A stretch of 64,000 bases of DNA. It comes from Macrostomum lignano (lineage: Eukaryota). The notes under the pieces were generated by a model. The model had not been told where the DNA came from, searched no databases, and saw only the letters and a program-made list of their open reading frames with translations. The stretch spans positions 62,001 through 126,000 of the forward strand of contig NIVC01000864.1 of NCBI GenBank assembly GCA_002269645.1, in the 5' to 3' direction. Within the stretch, counting starts at the first letter, position 1; each line of letters opens with the position of its first letter. Positions 34,670-62,160 of the stretch are shown one piece after another. The translations under genes and the position numbers were made by a program.

Positions 34670-37600
34670 TCCATCCTCTAACAGTGTTTTCCTATCCTCT
34701 GTCAGTCTACCCATCCTCTGTCAGTGTTTGCCCATCCTCTGTCAGTGCTTCCCCATCCTCTATCAGTGTTTCCCCATCCTCTGTCAGTGTTTCCCCATCC
34801 TCTGTCAGTCTACCCATCCTCTGTCTGTGTTTCCCCATCCTCTGTCAGTGCTTCCCAATCCTCTGTCAGTGTTTCCCATCCTCTGTCAGTGTTTCCCCAT
34901 CCTCTGTCAGTGTTTCCCCATCCTCTGTCAGTGTTTCCCCATCCTCTATCAGTGTTTCCCCATCCTCTGTCAGTGTTTCCCCATCCTCTGTCAGTGCTTC
35001 CCCATCCTCTATCAGTGTTTCCCCATCCTCTGTCAGTGTTTCCCCATCCTCTGTCAGTCTACCCATCCTCTGTCTGTGTTTCCCTATCCTCTGTCAGTGC
35101 TTCCCAATCCTCTGTCAGTGTTTCCCATCCTCTGTCAGTTTTTCCCCATCCTCTGTCAGTGCTTCCCCATCCTCTGTCTGTGTTTCCCCATCCTCTGTCA
35201 GCGCTTCCCAATCCTCTGTCAGTGTTTCCCCATCCTCTGTCAATGTTTCCCCATCCTCTGTCAGTGTTTCCCCATCCTCTGTCAGTGCTTCCCAATCCTT
35301 TTTCAGTGTTTCCCCATCCTCTGTCAGTGTTTCCCCATCCTCAGTCAGTGTTTCCCATCCTCTGTCAGTGTTTCCCCATCCTCTGTCAGTGTTTCCCTAT
35401 CCTCTGTCAGTGTTTCCCCATCCTCTGTCAGTGTTTCCCCATCCTCTGTCAGTGTTTCCCCATCCTCTGTCAGTGCTTCCCAATCCTTTGTCAGTGTTTC
35501 CCCATCCTATGTCAGTGTTTCCCCATCCTCTGTCAATGTTTCCCCATCCTCTGTCAGTGTTTCCCAATCCTCTGTCAGTGTTTCCCCATCCTCTGTCAAT
35601 GTTTCCCCATCCTCTGTCAGTGTTTCCCAATCCTCTGTCAGTGTTTCCCCATCCTCTGTCAATGTTTCCCCATCCTCTGTCAGTGTTTCCCATCCTCTGT
35701 CAGTGTTTCCCATCCTCTGTCAGTGTTTCCCCATCCTCTGTCAGTGCTTCCCAATCCTTTTTCAGTGTTTCCCCATCCTCTGTCAGTGTTTCCCCATCCT
35801 CTGTCAGTGTTTCCCCATCCTCTGTCAGTGTTTCACATCATCTGTCAGTGTTTCCCCATCCTCTGTCAGTGTTTCCCTATCCTCTGTCAGTGTTTCCCCA
35901 TCCTCTGTCAGTGTTTCCCCATCCTCTGTCAGTGTTTCCCATCCTCTGTCAGTGTTTCCCTATCCTCTGTCAGTGTTTCCCTATCCTCTGTCAGTGTTTC
36001 CCATCCTCTGTCAGTGTTTCCCAATCCTCTGTCAGTGTTTCCCCATCCTCTGTCAGTGTTTCCCCATCCTCTGTCAGTGCTTCCCAATCCTTTTTCAGTG
36101 TTTCCCCATCCTCTGTCAGTGTTTCCCCATCCTCTGTCAGTGTTTCCCATCCTCTGTCAGTGTTTCCCTATCCTCTGTCAGTGTTTCCCATCCTCTGTCA
36201 GTGTTTCTGTGACATAGTGACACGATGAACTTTGCTATAGGTTGCATGCACTGTAGTGTGGACTCACTAGCAGTGGAGTTGTTATTGATCGGCTTAGAGA
36301 TTGTATTTTATTCCACCCCACCCCATGCGCGCGTTTGAATCTGTCTGCACCCACCACCTCAGTGCTAAATAATAAATATTGTCAGCCTAGCTCTCAAGCG
36401 AGCACCTTTTACTCACTCCTGCAATTCCACACTTCTGCCTCGCTTAACAAAGTTATCACAATGGCGACGAGTCTGCCCACGCTGGGCCAACTGCTACCAT
36501 CTACGAACACCGAGATCTTCCTAGAGCGTCTCGAGCAGTACTTCATCTGCAAGGAGGTGAAGGATGAGGCAAAAGTGGCAACTCTGATCACGTCGATTGG
36601 AGAGGAGGCTTACATCACACTGCGGAGTCTGTGCCAGCCGGTCCAAGTGGCGCAGAAGTCTTACGCTGACTTGAAGAAGCTGCTGACAACGCACTTCGCA
36701 CCCAAGCCTTCGGAGCTAGCTGCGAGGTTCCGTTTCCAACAACGAACTCAGCAAGCAGGCGAGAGCTTCACGGCATTCATCGCGGGGCTCCAGGCTCTGT
36801 CAGCTGACTGCAACTTCGGTGAGTCGCTAAATGAGCGGCTCCGAGACCAACTCGTGTTCGGCCTTCGAAGCGACGCCTATCGAGCCAAGCTGCTGGAAGT
36901 CGTTGAGCCGACTTTCGAATCCCTGCAAACAAAGGCTATGTCGCTGGAGTCTGCAGAGCGTTCGTCCCTGGAGATGTCACAAAGGGCATCGGAGTCTGTT
37001 GCCAATCTGCAATTTGTCAGCAAGAGAGGTAGCCGCAAGCAGGTGACACCTTCAGCGCACCACAGAGGGCATCGGGTCAGCGGCAGCGAAAACGGCGGCA
37101 GCGGCAACGGCGGCAGCGGCAACGGCAGCGGCAACGGTGGCGGTGGCAGCTCATGCAAAAGCTGTGGCGGTTCTCACGAGCGTCATTCATGCAAGTTCAG
37201 GGACGCCAAGTGCCATGCATGCGGCAAGGTCGGCCATATCCGCAAGGTCTGCCAGTCCACCAAGCAGGCCAAGCTACACATGCTACAAGAGGAGCGGATG
37301 GCACCTACTGTCGAAGGCGCGTGTGACACCCAGGTGCCCATCTTCGCAGTCCGACCAACAGGCAGAAACGCTGGACCGACAGTCATGCTGCTCGTCAACG
37401 GCCAGGAATGCCAGTTTGTCATCGACACCGGCTCTGCAGTTACCCTGATGCCGCAGCAGCTGCAGCAAAAATTACTCCCTCAGCTACATCTGGCTCCATC
37501 TGCCGCAGTTCTGCGAACCTTCACCAATGAACGCTTTCATCCGCGAGGCCAAGCCACAGTCTGCGTCCAGCACAACGCCCAGCAGCTACAGCTACCGCTG

Positions 37601-39270
37601 CTTGTGGTCGACAAAGGAGACACGGCACTGCTGGGACGAGACTGGCTGGCTCACCTTGGGCTGGACTGGCCGACAATAATGGCCCAGGTGCACGCAGTGT
37701 CCACCGATTACGACATCAGCGACCTGCATGAGAGATTCGCTGCGGTGTTCGAGAACCGACTTGGCAAATTTCGACACAATCAAGGCTCCGCCCCGGTACA
37801 GCCATGGCCATTTCCGACTGAGCCATGGGAGCGGTTGCACGTCGACTTTGTGGGACCCGTGGACGGCCGCACTTACCTGGTCCTGGTCGACGCGCACAGC
37901 AAGTGGCCAGAGGTGCACAGGATGAGCAGCACCGCTGCAACTGCGACGATCAGCTGCCTGCGAGAAATCTTCGCTCGTCTCGGCCTACCGAGAACCTTGG
38001 TGTCGGACAACGGGCCACAATTCGCTTCGGCCGAGTTCGCTGAGTTCGTCAGTTCCAACGGCATCCGGCACATCTTCTCGGCGCCATTCCACCCGGCGAC
38101 CAACGGCCAGGCCGAGCGCTTCGTCCAGGTGCTGAAGCGGCATCTGAGTAAGTGCGGTCACTCCGACGCGCAACTTCAACGACTGCTGATGGCCTATCGC
38201 AACACTCCGCACAGCGTCAGTGGCACCGCGCCGAGTCAGCTGCTCATTGGCCGCCGGCTGCGCAGCCGGCTGGACCTCCTGACACCATCGTTGACTTCGG
38301 CCATGCAACAGCGACAGCAGCATCAGCTTCAGCAGCAGCGGCCAGCGCGCCAGTTCCAGCCTGGAGATCGTGTGCTCTACCGCGATTTCAGCACTGCTGC
38401 TCGTGCAGGAGAAAGCAGCCGCTGGGCCGAAGGTGTCATCGTCAATGCCGGCACTCGCAACTGCACAGTCGATTCTGGGCGCGGCGTACAAGCGCGACAC
38501 GCTGACCAGCTGCTGGCGGCTCCCGCTGGGTTGGCCGAGTCGAATAGCAGCACAACCCCGGCCGAGGACTGCGCGGCACCTGACGCTGGCGGCACGCCAG
38601 CCTCGCCGCAGGCAGACACGGCTGACTCTGCTAACGAGGCACCCCGGCGCTACCCGACTCGAGTTCGAGCACCACCTGACAGATTGATGCTGCAGTGAGG
38701 GTGTTAACTTAGGGGGGAGATGTGACATAGTGACACGATGAACTTTGCTATAGGTTGCATGCACTGTAGTGTGGACTCACTAGCAGTGGAGTTGTTATTG
38801 ATCGGCTTAGAGATTGTATTTTATTCCACCCCACCCCATGCGCGCGTTTGAATCTGTCTGCACCCACCACCTCAGTGCTAAATAATAAATGTTAACAGCC
38901 TAGCTCTCAAGCGAGCACCTTTTACTCACTCCTGCAATTCCACACTTCTGCCTCGCTTAACAAAGTTATCACAGTTTCCCTATCCTCTGTCAGTGTTTCC
39001 CAATCCTCTGTCAGTGTTTCCCCATCCTCGGTCAGTGTTTCCCATCCTCTGTTAGTGTTTCCCTATCCTCTGTCAGTGTTTCCCATCCTCTGTTAGTGTT
39101 TCCCCATCCTCTGTCAGTGTTTCCCATCCTCTGTCAGTGTTTCCCATCCTCTGTCAGTGTTTCCCATCCTCTGTCAGTGTTTCCCCATCCTCTGTCAGTG
39201 TTTCCCTATCCTCTGTCAGTGTTTCCCTATCCTCTGTCAGTGTTTCCCATCCTCTGTCAGTGTTTCACAT
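34670..39270. repeat. ~21-bp minisatellite CATCCTCTGTCAGTGTTTCCC, split by an LTR element
   Basis: 34670-36207 and 38974-39270. Confidence 0.96.
36208..38973 (+). mobile_element. Ty3/Gypsy (Mag-like) LTR retrotransposon deletion derivative: gag-PR-IN core, no RT/RNase H
   Basis: 253-bp LTRs TG..CA at 36208-36460 and 38721-38973 (3 mismatches). 5-bp TSD GTTTC. PBS TGGCGACGAG (complementary to the tRNA-Ser(GCU) 3' end). PPT AGGGGGGAGA. One ORF 36461-38698 with CCHC knuckles, FVIDTGS, and integrase D (LHVDF), D (VSDNG), E (NGQAER). Confidence 0.97.
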
Positions 39271-39771
39271 CCTCTATCGACAATTCTCCATCTATAGCAA
39301 TAATTCCCCACTTCTATCAATAACTCTCATCTCTATCAATAACACCGCATCCTCTATCGATAACTCCCCATCCTCTATCGATAACTCCCCATCCTCTATC
39401 AATAGTATCCCATCGCGCTTTAATAATACCCCATATCATCATTTATCAGTTTTCCCTAGCTTATATGAGGAAGCTAGAACAGATGTAAGATATGTTGTAG
39501 GGATGCAGGGATGTAGGGATCCAGGGATGCAGAACAGATGACTGCTCTCCTGCCTCATCGCTGCAAACAAACAAACAAACATCTTCTGGCTTGATATTAA
39601 AAAAATCTTTTAGCTATACTAGTTTCAATGAAACCCATAGACAAGTCAATTTGAAACAGTGCAAGGCGCTTGAATACCAATCAATTGATACAAAGCACAG
39701 AAGTTTTAGTGCGAGACAACCAGCAGTTTGTGATAGTTGACAAAAAACAATCGAATATTTGCTAGCCAGTC

Positions 39772-41352
<1,581 letters not shown>

Positions 41353-41799
41353 GAGCCGGTCATCATAAACATTATCCAATGCTCATTGATTTAGACAAAA
41401 CCGCCTGACACAGCATTTCTTACTGCGCGTCACTTAATTTTTTCTTTATACCTTCTTAACTCCGCGAGTTTTTGCGAAAAAGAATATTTTTTAGTCTCTC
41501 ACTCACTCTAGCCTGCCTGCCCCTTGATCCGATGCAGTGTCTCTTTGTCAATTTGAAAGCCAAACTCTTAGTAAAGATGTGCATTTTTGACTAATAAATG
41601 TTTTAGGTGCTAAATCTCCTGACCGCAACTCAAGCAACCGGGGCTGGTTGAAATCAGTCCGGTTTCATCCCAGCGACTGGCGGAAAATGTTATCAGCCTC
41701 AGTAGAAGAAAACATTTTTGTAACTGCTCATTTCTAGCTTTGTTCTTCGTTTGCTTCTATTTACGTCTCAGAAACAGAATAAGACAAAAACTGTTGTAT

Positions 41800-42490
41800 C
41801 TTTGCTCAGCCCACTCTCCTACTCTCTGCCTTACTCTCCTACTCTCAACCTCACTCTCCTACTCTCTGCCTTACTCTCCTATTCTCAACCTCACTCTCCT
41901 ACTCTCTGCCTCACTCTCCTACTCCCAACCTCACTCCTTGCACCCACCTCACTCCTTGCACCCACCTCACCCCTCGCACCCACCTCACTCCTTTCACCCA
42001 CCTCACCCCTCGCACCCACCTCACTCCTCTTTCACCCACCTCACCCCTCGCACCCACCTCACACCTCTCACCCACCTCACTCTTCACACCCACCTCACTC
42101 CTCTTTCACCCACCTCACTCCTCTTTCACCCACCTCACTCCTCTTTCCCCCCTACTCCTCTTTCACCCACCTCACTCCTCTTTCACCCACCTCACTCCTC
42201 TTTCCCCCCTACTCCTCTTTCACCCACCTCACTCCTCTTTCACTCACCTCACTCCTCTTTCCCCCCCTACTCCTCTTTCACCCACCTCACTCCTCTTTCA
42301 CCCACCTCACTCCTCTTTCCCCCCACTCCTCTTTCACTCACCTCACTCCTCTTTCACCCACCTCACTCCTCTTTCCCCATCCCCTACTCCTCTTTCACCC
42401 ACCTCACTCCTCTTTCACTCACCTCACTCCTCTTTCACCCACCTCATTCCTCTTTTACCCACCTCAATCCTCCACCCACATTCCTCCTCT
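41800..42490. repeat. C-rich 17-20-bp minisatellite (CACCCACCTCACTCCTC core)
   Basis: Read directly. Same family as 44190, 45140 and 47880. Confidence 0.92.
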
Positions 42491-42913
42491 ACTCATCCGA
42501 ATTCATTAAAAAAGCAGTTGTCAATATAGGGTCGGAACTGTCTTATTTTGAAACATTTTTGGCGTCTGGATTGCCCCTCTTTCGACTCTTGGTTGAATAT
42601 GGTTTCAGTAAATGCTGTCTACTCATGTGTCACAGCCATCAGTGACTCCGCTGAATCGCGCTGAAAAATATCAGAAAAAAAGTTGAAAATCTTTTTTGAA
42701 ACAATTGCTGCATTTTACGAGTCAAACTTATTTAATAGGGCCTTAAGCACCGCTCGTCAATGACAGACATCCGGTCTCAGGCCGGATGTTTCGATTATGC
42801 AGTCTCATCACAACTGGATCTGTATTCGGCTAATATGTATAAGAACATTCGAAAAATGTTCTCCCATTTATGAAGCTGTCCACATTGGCATAGCAACTAA
42901 CCAGTCAGGCAAG

Positions 42914-44820
42914 ATGAGTAATTCTCTTCTGCCAGCCCTGCTATTGTTAGCGACAGTCCTGTTGCCTGCTCGCGGCGAGTCAGAACTGGCTGGCTTGCCG
43001 ACTGACCGACCGAGGACCGCCTGGTGACAAGGCTGCTGCGCAGTCTGGGACCGGCTGGCGCCATCGCCAGGCCGATGGGCAGGAACACCACCGAGCCTGT
43101 GACTGTGAGCCTGGAGGTGTCGCTACAGGGACTGGAATCTGTGCAAAGCAGCAGGGCTCGCTTCTACGTGTGGCTCACAATGGCAAGTAAATTCGTTGTT
43201 CTGCAATATGTCCGTTGATTTGGAGCAGTTGGGGCAGTGCCTGTCACAATATGGGCATGGAGCAGTTGGGGCAGTGCCTGTCACAATATGGGCATGGAGC
43301 AGTTGGGGCAGTGCCTGTCACAATATGGGCATGGAGCAGTTGGGGCAGTGCCTGTCACAATATGGGCATGGAGCAGTTGGGGCAGTGCCTGTCACAATAA
43401 GGGCATGGAGCAGTTGGGGCAGTGCCTGTCACAATGGGCATGGAGCAGTTGGGGCAGTGCCTGTCACAATATGGGCACGGAGCAGTTGGGGCAGTGCCTG
43501 TCACAATGGGCATGGAGCAGAAAGTGTGGAATGCAGTACTCGGTGTCATTTAATGTTGCAGACTTGGTCAGACCCCAGGCTGAGCTGGGACCCAAAGAAC
43601 TTCGGCGGCCTCACGAAGGCGGCGCTGCCTTCCCACCTTCTGTGGCTCCCGGATGTCCGACCGTACAACGCGTAAGTGAATATAAGATTCTTACTATCTT
43701 ACTATTACAGGTAAATGTGGTATGTCAATCATACACTGATTTCAATGGCTTTCTTTGCAGCGGCAAGTACCAGTTAGATAAGGAATCCGCAATGCGAGCC
43801 ACGGTTGACTACGACTCGAAAGTTGTCTTCGTACCGCCAGCTAGTCTCAGCGCTCCCTGCTCTCGGCAGGACAACGGCTCGATACACTGCAGGCTGGTCA
43901 TGGGCAGCTGGGTGTACAATGGCTTCGAGCTGGATCTGCGGCTGGGCGAGAATGCCATCAGCTGGGAGATGTTTGAACAGCATGACAGGTGGGAATTGGC
44001 TGGAGCATCCAGTCGGCGCACTGAAGCTCTTTACAGTTGCTGTCCTGAACCGTTCGTCAGTGCTCACTACACCATTGTGTGAGTAGCTCGTACAATACTC
44101 ATACGTCTGCTTGTGCTTTTGAGCTGCGTGTTGAGCAGACTTAGTTTTTAATTGTTAAATGTAGAGGATTGTGGAATGCGGCGGCTGCTGGATGAGTGAG
44201 GCTAGTGGAGGAGTGAGGTGGGTGGAGGAGTGAGGTGGGTGGAGAAGTAAGGTGGGTGGAGGAGTGAGGTGGGTGGAGGAGTGAGGTGGGCGTAGGAGTA
44301 AGGTGGGTGGAGTAGTGAGGTAAGTGGAGGAGTGAGGTGGGTGGAGTGAGATGGGTGGAGGAGTGAAGCGGGCGGAGGAGTGAGGTGGGTGGAGAAGTGA
44401 GGTGGGTGGAGGAGTGAGGCGGGCGGAGAAGTGAGGTGGGTGGAGGAGTGAGGCGGGCGGAGAAGTGAGGTGGATGGAGGAGTGAGGCGGGCGGAGGAGT
44501 GAGGTGGGTGAAGGAGTGAGGTTGGTGGAGGAGTGAGGTTGGTGGAGGAGTGAGGTGGGTGGAGGAGTGAGGTTGGTGGAGGAGTGAGGTGGGTGGAGGA
44601 GTGAGGTTGGCGGAGGAGTGAGGTGGGTGGAGGAGTGAGGTGGGTGAAGGAGTGAGGTGGGTGGAGAGTGAGGCCGGTAGAAAGCTGTATAGAGATGAGA
44701 TAGTGGAGACGCCAGGAGTGATTCGCAGAGTCGCATTTAACCCTTTATCTGCCCCCATCATACAGGCTGCAGCCAAGACGTCGAGCCCACAATGGTCGCT
44801 CTGGAAGGTCGCATAAATAA
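42914..44820 (+). CDS. Acetylcholine-binding-protein-like soluble Cys-loop ligand-binding domain, 4 exons, ~250 aa, with one apparent 1-bp frameshift near 43012
   Basis: Exons 42914-43182 (GC donor), 43562-43671, 43761-44078, 44766-44820. Signal peptide; EDRLVTRLL; VWLTM|TWSDPRLSWDP; loop A WLPDVRPYN; loop B GSWVYNG; loop C YSCCPEPF. Ends TIVLQPRRRAHNGRSGRSHK* with no TM. The signal peptide and mature frame differ by one base at GACCGACCGAGGAC. Confidence 0.8.
43218..43520. repeat. 37-bp minisatellite GGAGCAGTTGGGGCAGTGCCTGTCACAATATGGGCAT
   Basis: About 8 units in AChBP-like intron 1. Confidence 0.95.
44190..44670. repeat. G-rich 17-bp minisatellite GGAGGAGTGAGGTGGGT (left arm of an inverted pair)
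   Basis: Reverse complement of the 45140-45782 array. Confidence 0.95.
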
Positions 44821-45139
44821 TTGGGAAAGAATTTCCCACCAAGCCTCAGCATCAAACTCCGGCCATTTTAAGCTTGGATGTTTTAACAAAACAGCAGTAA
44901 TAAAATACGGTTCTGTAGCAGAAGTTTAAGCAATAAAGTCTTGCGCAGCATACTATTGCACTGCATTAAAGTTTGTACTCTTCTACTTTGTTTATTTCAT
45001 TTGATGTTTGATCAAAACAAGTAAGGATTTGAATACGAGCTAAAACATTTTCCTAGATAATCAAGCTGTTCTTCTACCGTTTCTACCCAATACACTACTG
45101 AGTCTGACACACCCTTCAATAACCTCACTCTTTTATCCA

Positions 45140-45782
45140 TCTCTCCCTCCACCCACCTCACTCCTTCACCCACCTCACTCCTCCACCAACCTCACTCCTT
45201 CACCCACCTCACTCCTCCGCCCGCCTCACTCCTCCACCCACCTCACTTCTCCGCCCGCCTCACTCCACCCACCTCACTCCTCCGCCCGCTTCACTCCTCC
45301 ACCCATCTCACTCCACCCACCCCACTCCTCCACCCACCTCACTCCTCCACAAACCTCACTCCTCCACCCACCTCACTCCTCCACCCACCTCACTCCTCCG
45401 CCCACCTCACTCCTCCGCCCACCTCACTTCTCCGCCCGCCTCACTCCACCCACCTCACTCCTCCGCCCGCTTCACTCCTCCACCCATCTCACTCCACCCA
45501 CCCCACTCCTCCACCCACCTCACTCCTCCACAAACCTCACTCCTCCACCCACCTCACTCCTCCACCAACCTCACTCCTCCACCAACCTCACTCCTCCACC
45601 AATCTCACTCCTCCACCCTCCTCACTCCTCCACCAACCTCACTCCTCCACCAATCTCACTCCTCCGCCAACCTCACTCCTCCACCCACCTCACTCCTCCA
45701 CAAACCTCACTCCTCCACCAACCTCACTCCTCCACCAATCTCACTCTTCCGCCCACCTCACTCCTCCACCCACCTCACTCCT
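45140..45782. repeat. C-rich 17-bp minisatellite ACCCACCTCACTCCTCC (right arm of an inverted pair)
   Basis: Shares the order of variant units with 44190-44670. Confidence 0.95.
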
Positions 45783-46783
45783 GTGAGTGGATGGCTCCCT
45801 CACGTCCGACCCGCTCTGAATGGGGTGCAGCAGTCAATTTAAATAGCAAATTCCAGTGAACGCATCTGAAAGACAAGCAAGAAATCTCCAGGCTGGTTGG
45901 ATAAAACGCAAATTGCTGACGCTACTAATAGTCTAAGTAGTCTACTTGGTATTTCTATTTTTTCTGTAAGTTATTTTCTAACTAATATTACATATTTTTA
46001 TCTACTGAACTTAAAAAAACTTGACTAACTATTTACAACGTGTAAGCTTCGATCAGCTGCTAACTAACCAGGACCAGCACAGCTTAACTTACTAGTAAAA
46101 TCATCGCTTCTGCCACTGTCTAGTGGGCTAAAAAACTACTTGTTTAGGGATTGCAAATTGAATATTGGTGGCCCCACATGACCCCAGCTGACTCACTCAA
46201 TTAGGCGAATTTTAGCCTCGATCCAAAGTTAATTCATAATTCTTTTTATTTTATTACGAATGCTAATCTTGCTTAGCTCAAGGTGACAAGGCTAGCTTAG
46301 CAGTTCAGGTGAGACAAAGGCGGCGTCAGATTACCAAAAAGCTAATCTGGGGATTATTCTAGCTAGCCAGAGAGTAATAATAAGAAAATATCAGCACCAC
46401 CTGGACAAAGCTGATCTTTCAATTGAAATTGAAAGCCAAACGCAAAAAGAGAATGCAATTCCGTTTGACTGTCATTGCTCAGCCGGGGGGACTGCATGCA
46501 GCGGCAGTGAGAGAAAGTCTCTCAAGTCCCAGCCAATCAAATTCGTTCTGGCCTCTGACGCAGCCGGCAGTCTGGCTCCCTCACTGGCCTCGTGGCTCAT
46601 GGAGGAGGCGGTTGGTCAGGCTGGGCTGGGCTGGCTGCAGAGCGCCAACAAGACTAGGGAAGCCTGCCTACCTGCCAGCATTGACTTGCTCAGCCTCTCA
46701 GCCAGACTCAACATAGTTGTCTTCTCTTCTACCTCGTAAGAAGCAATCGTAGGAGACCCCCCCGGATACTACAGGCTGCCCGA

Positions 46784-61274
<14,491 letters not shown>

Positions 61275-61404
61275 GTGAGTTGGTCGGCGCTGGAAATCAC
61301 GTGACCTCTGTTCTAGTTAATTAGCTCGCATTGGGGGGTTAAGGCGACAATTCCGCTGATCCTGAGCACGCACTCACTCTTACCCTGTGCTGTAGGAGTT
61401 GAAC

Positions 61405-62160
61405 TATATTCTCTACATTCCCCTACATTCCCCTACATCCTCTGCATTCCCATACATTCTTTACATTCTCTACATTCTTTACATTCCCCTACATTCCCCT
61501 ACATTCTCTACATTCTCTACATTCTTTACATTCCCCTACATTCCCCTACATTCTCTACATTCTCTACATTCTTTACATTCCCCTACATTCCCCTACATTC
61601 CCCTACATTCTCTATATTCTGTACATTCTATACATTCCTCTACATTCCCCATACATTCCCCATACATTCTCTAAATTCTCTACATTCTCTACATTCTTTA
61701 CATTCCCCATACATTCTCTACCTTCCCCTACATTCTCTACATTCTTTACATTCCCCTACATTCCCCATACATTCTCTGCATTCCCCTAATTCTCTGCATT
61801 CCCTACATTCTTTACTTTCTTCTAAATTCTGTACATTCCCCTAGATCCTCTGCATTCCACTACATTCTTTACATTCCCCATACATTCTCTGCATTCCCCT
61901 ACATTCTTTACATTCTTTACATTCCCCATACATTCTCTACCTTCCCCTACATTCTCTGCATTCCCCATACATTCTCTACCTTCCCCTACATTCTCTGCAT
62001 TCCCCATACATTCTCTACATTCCTCTACATTCTCTGCATTCCCCATACATTCTCTACATTCCTCTACATTCTCTAAATTCCCCATAAATTCTCTACCTTC
62101 CCCTACATTCTCTGCATTCCCCATACATTCTCTACATTCCGCTACATTCTCTACATTACC
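61405..62160. repeat. Degenerate ~10-bp repeat TACATTCTC/TACATTCCCC
   Basis: Read directly from the sequence. Confidence 0.93.

Noticed and set aside
42766-42788. ACATCCGG...CCGGATGT hairpin upstream of the AChBP-like gene
   Set aside because: An 8-bp inverted repeat is expected by chance in 64 kb, and there is no other support.
43237-44082. 281-aa ORF as a single-exon receptor
   Set aside because: It is a chimera of the 37-bp array, intron sequence and true exon 43761-44078.
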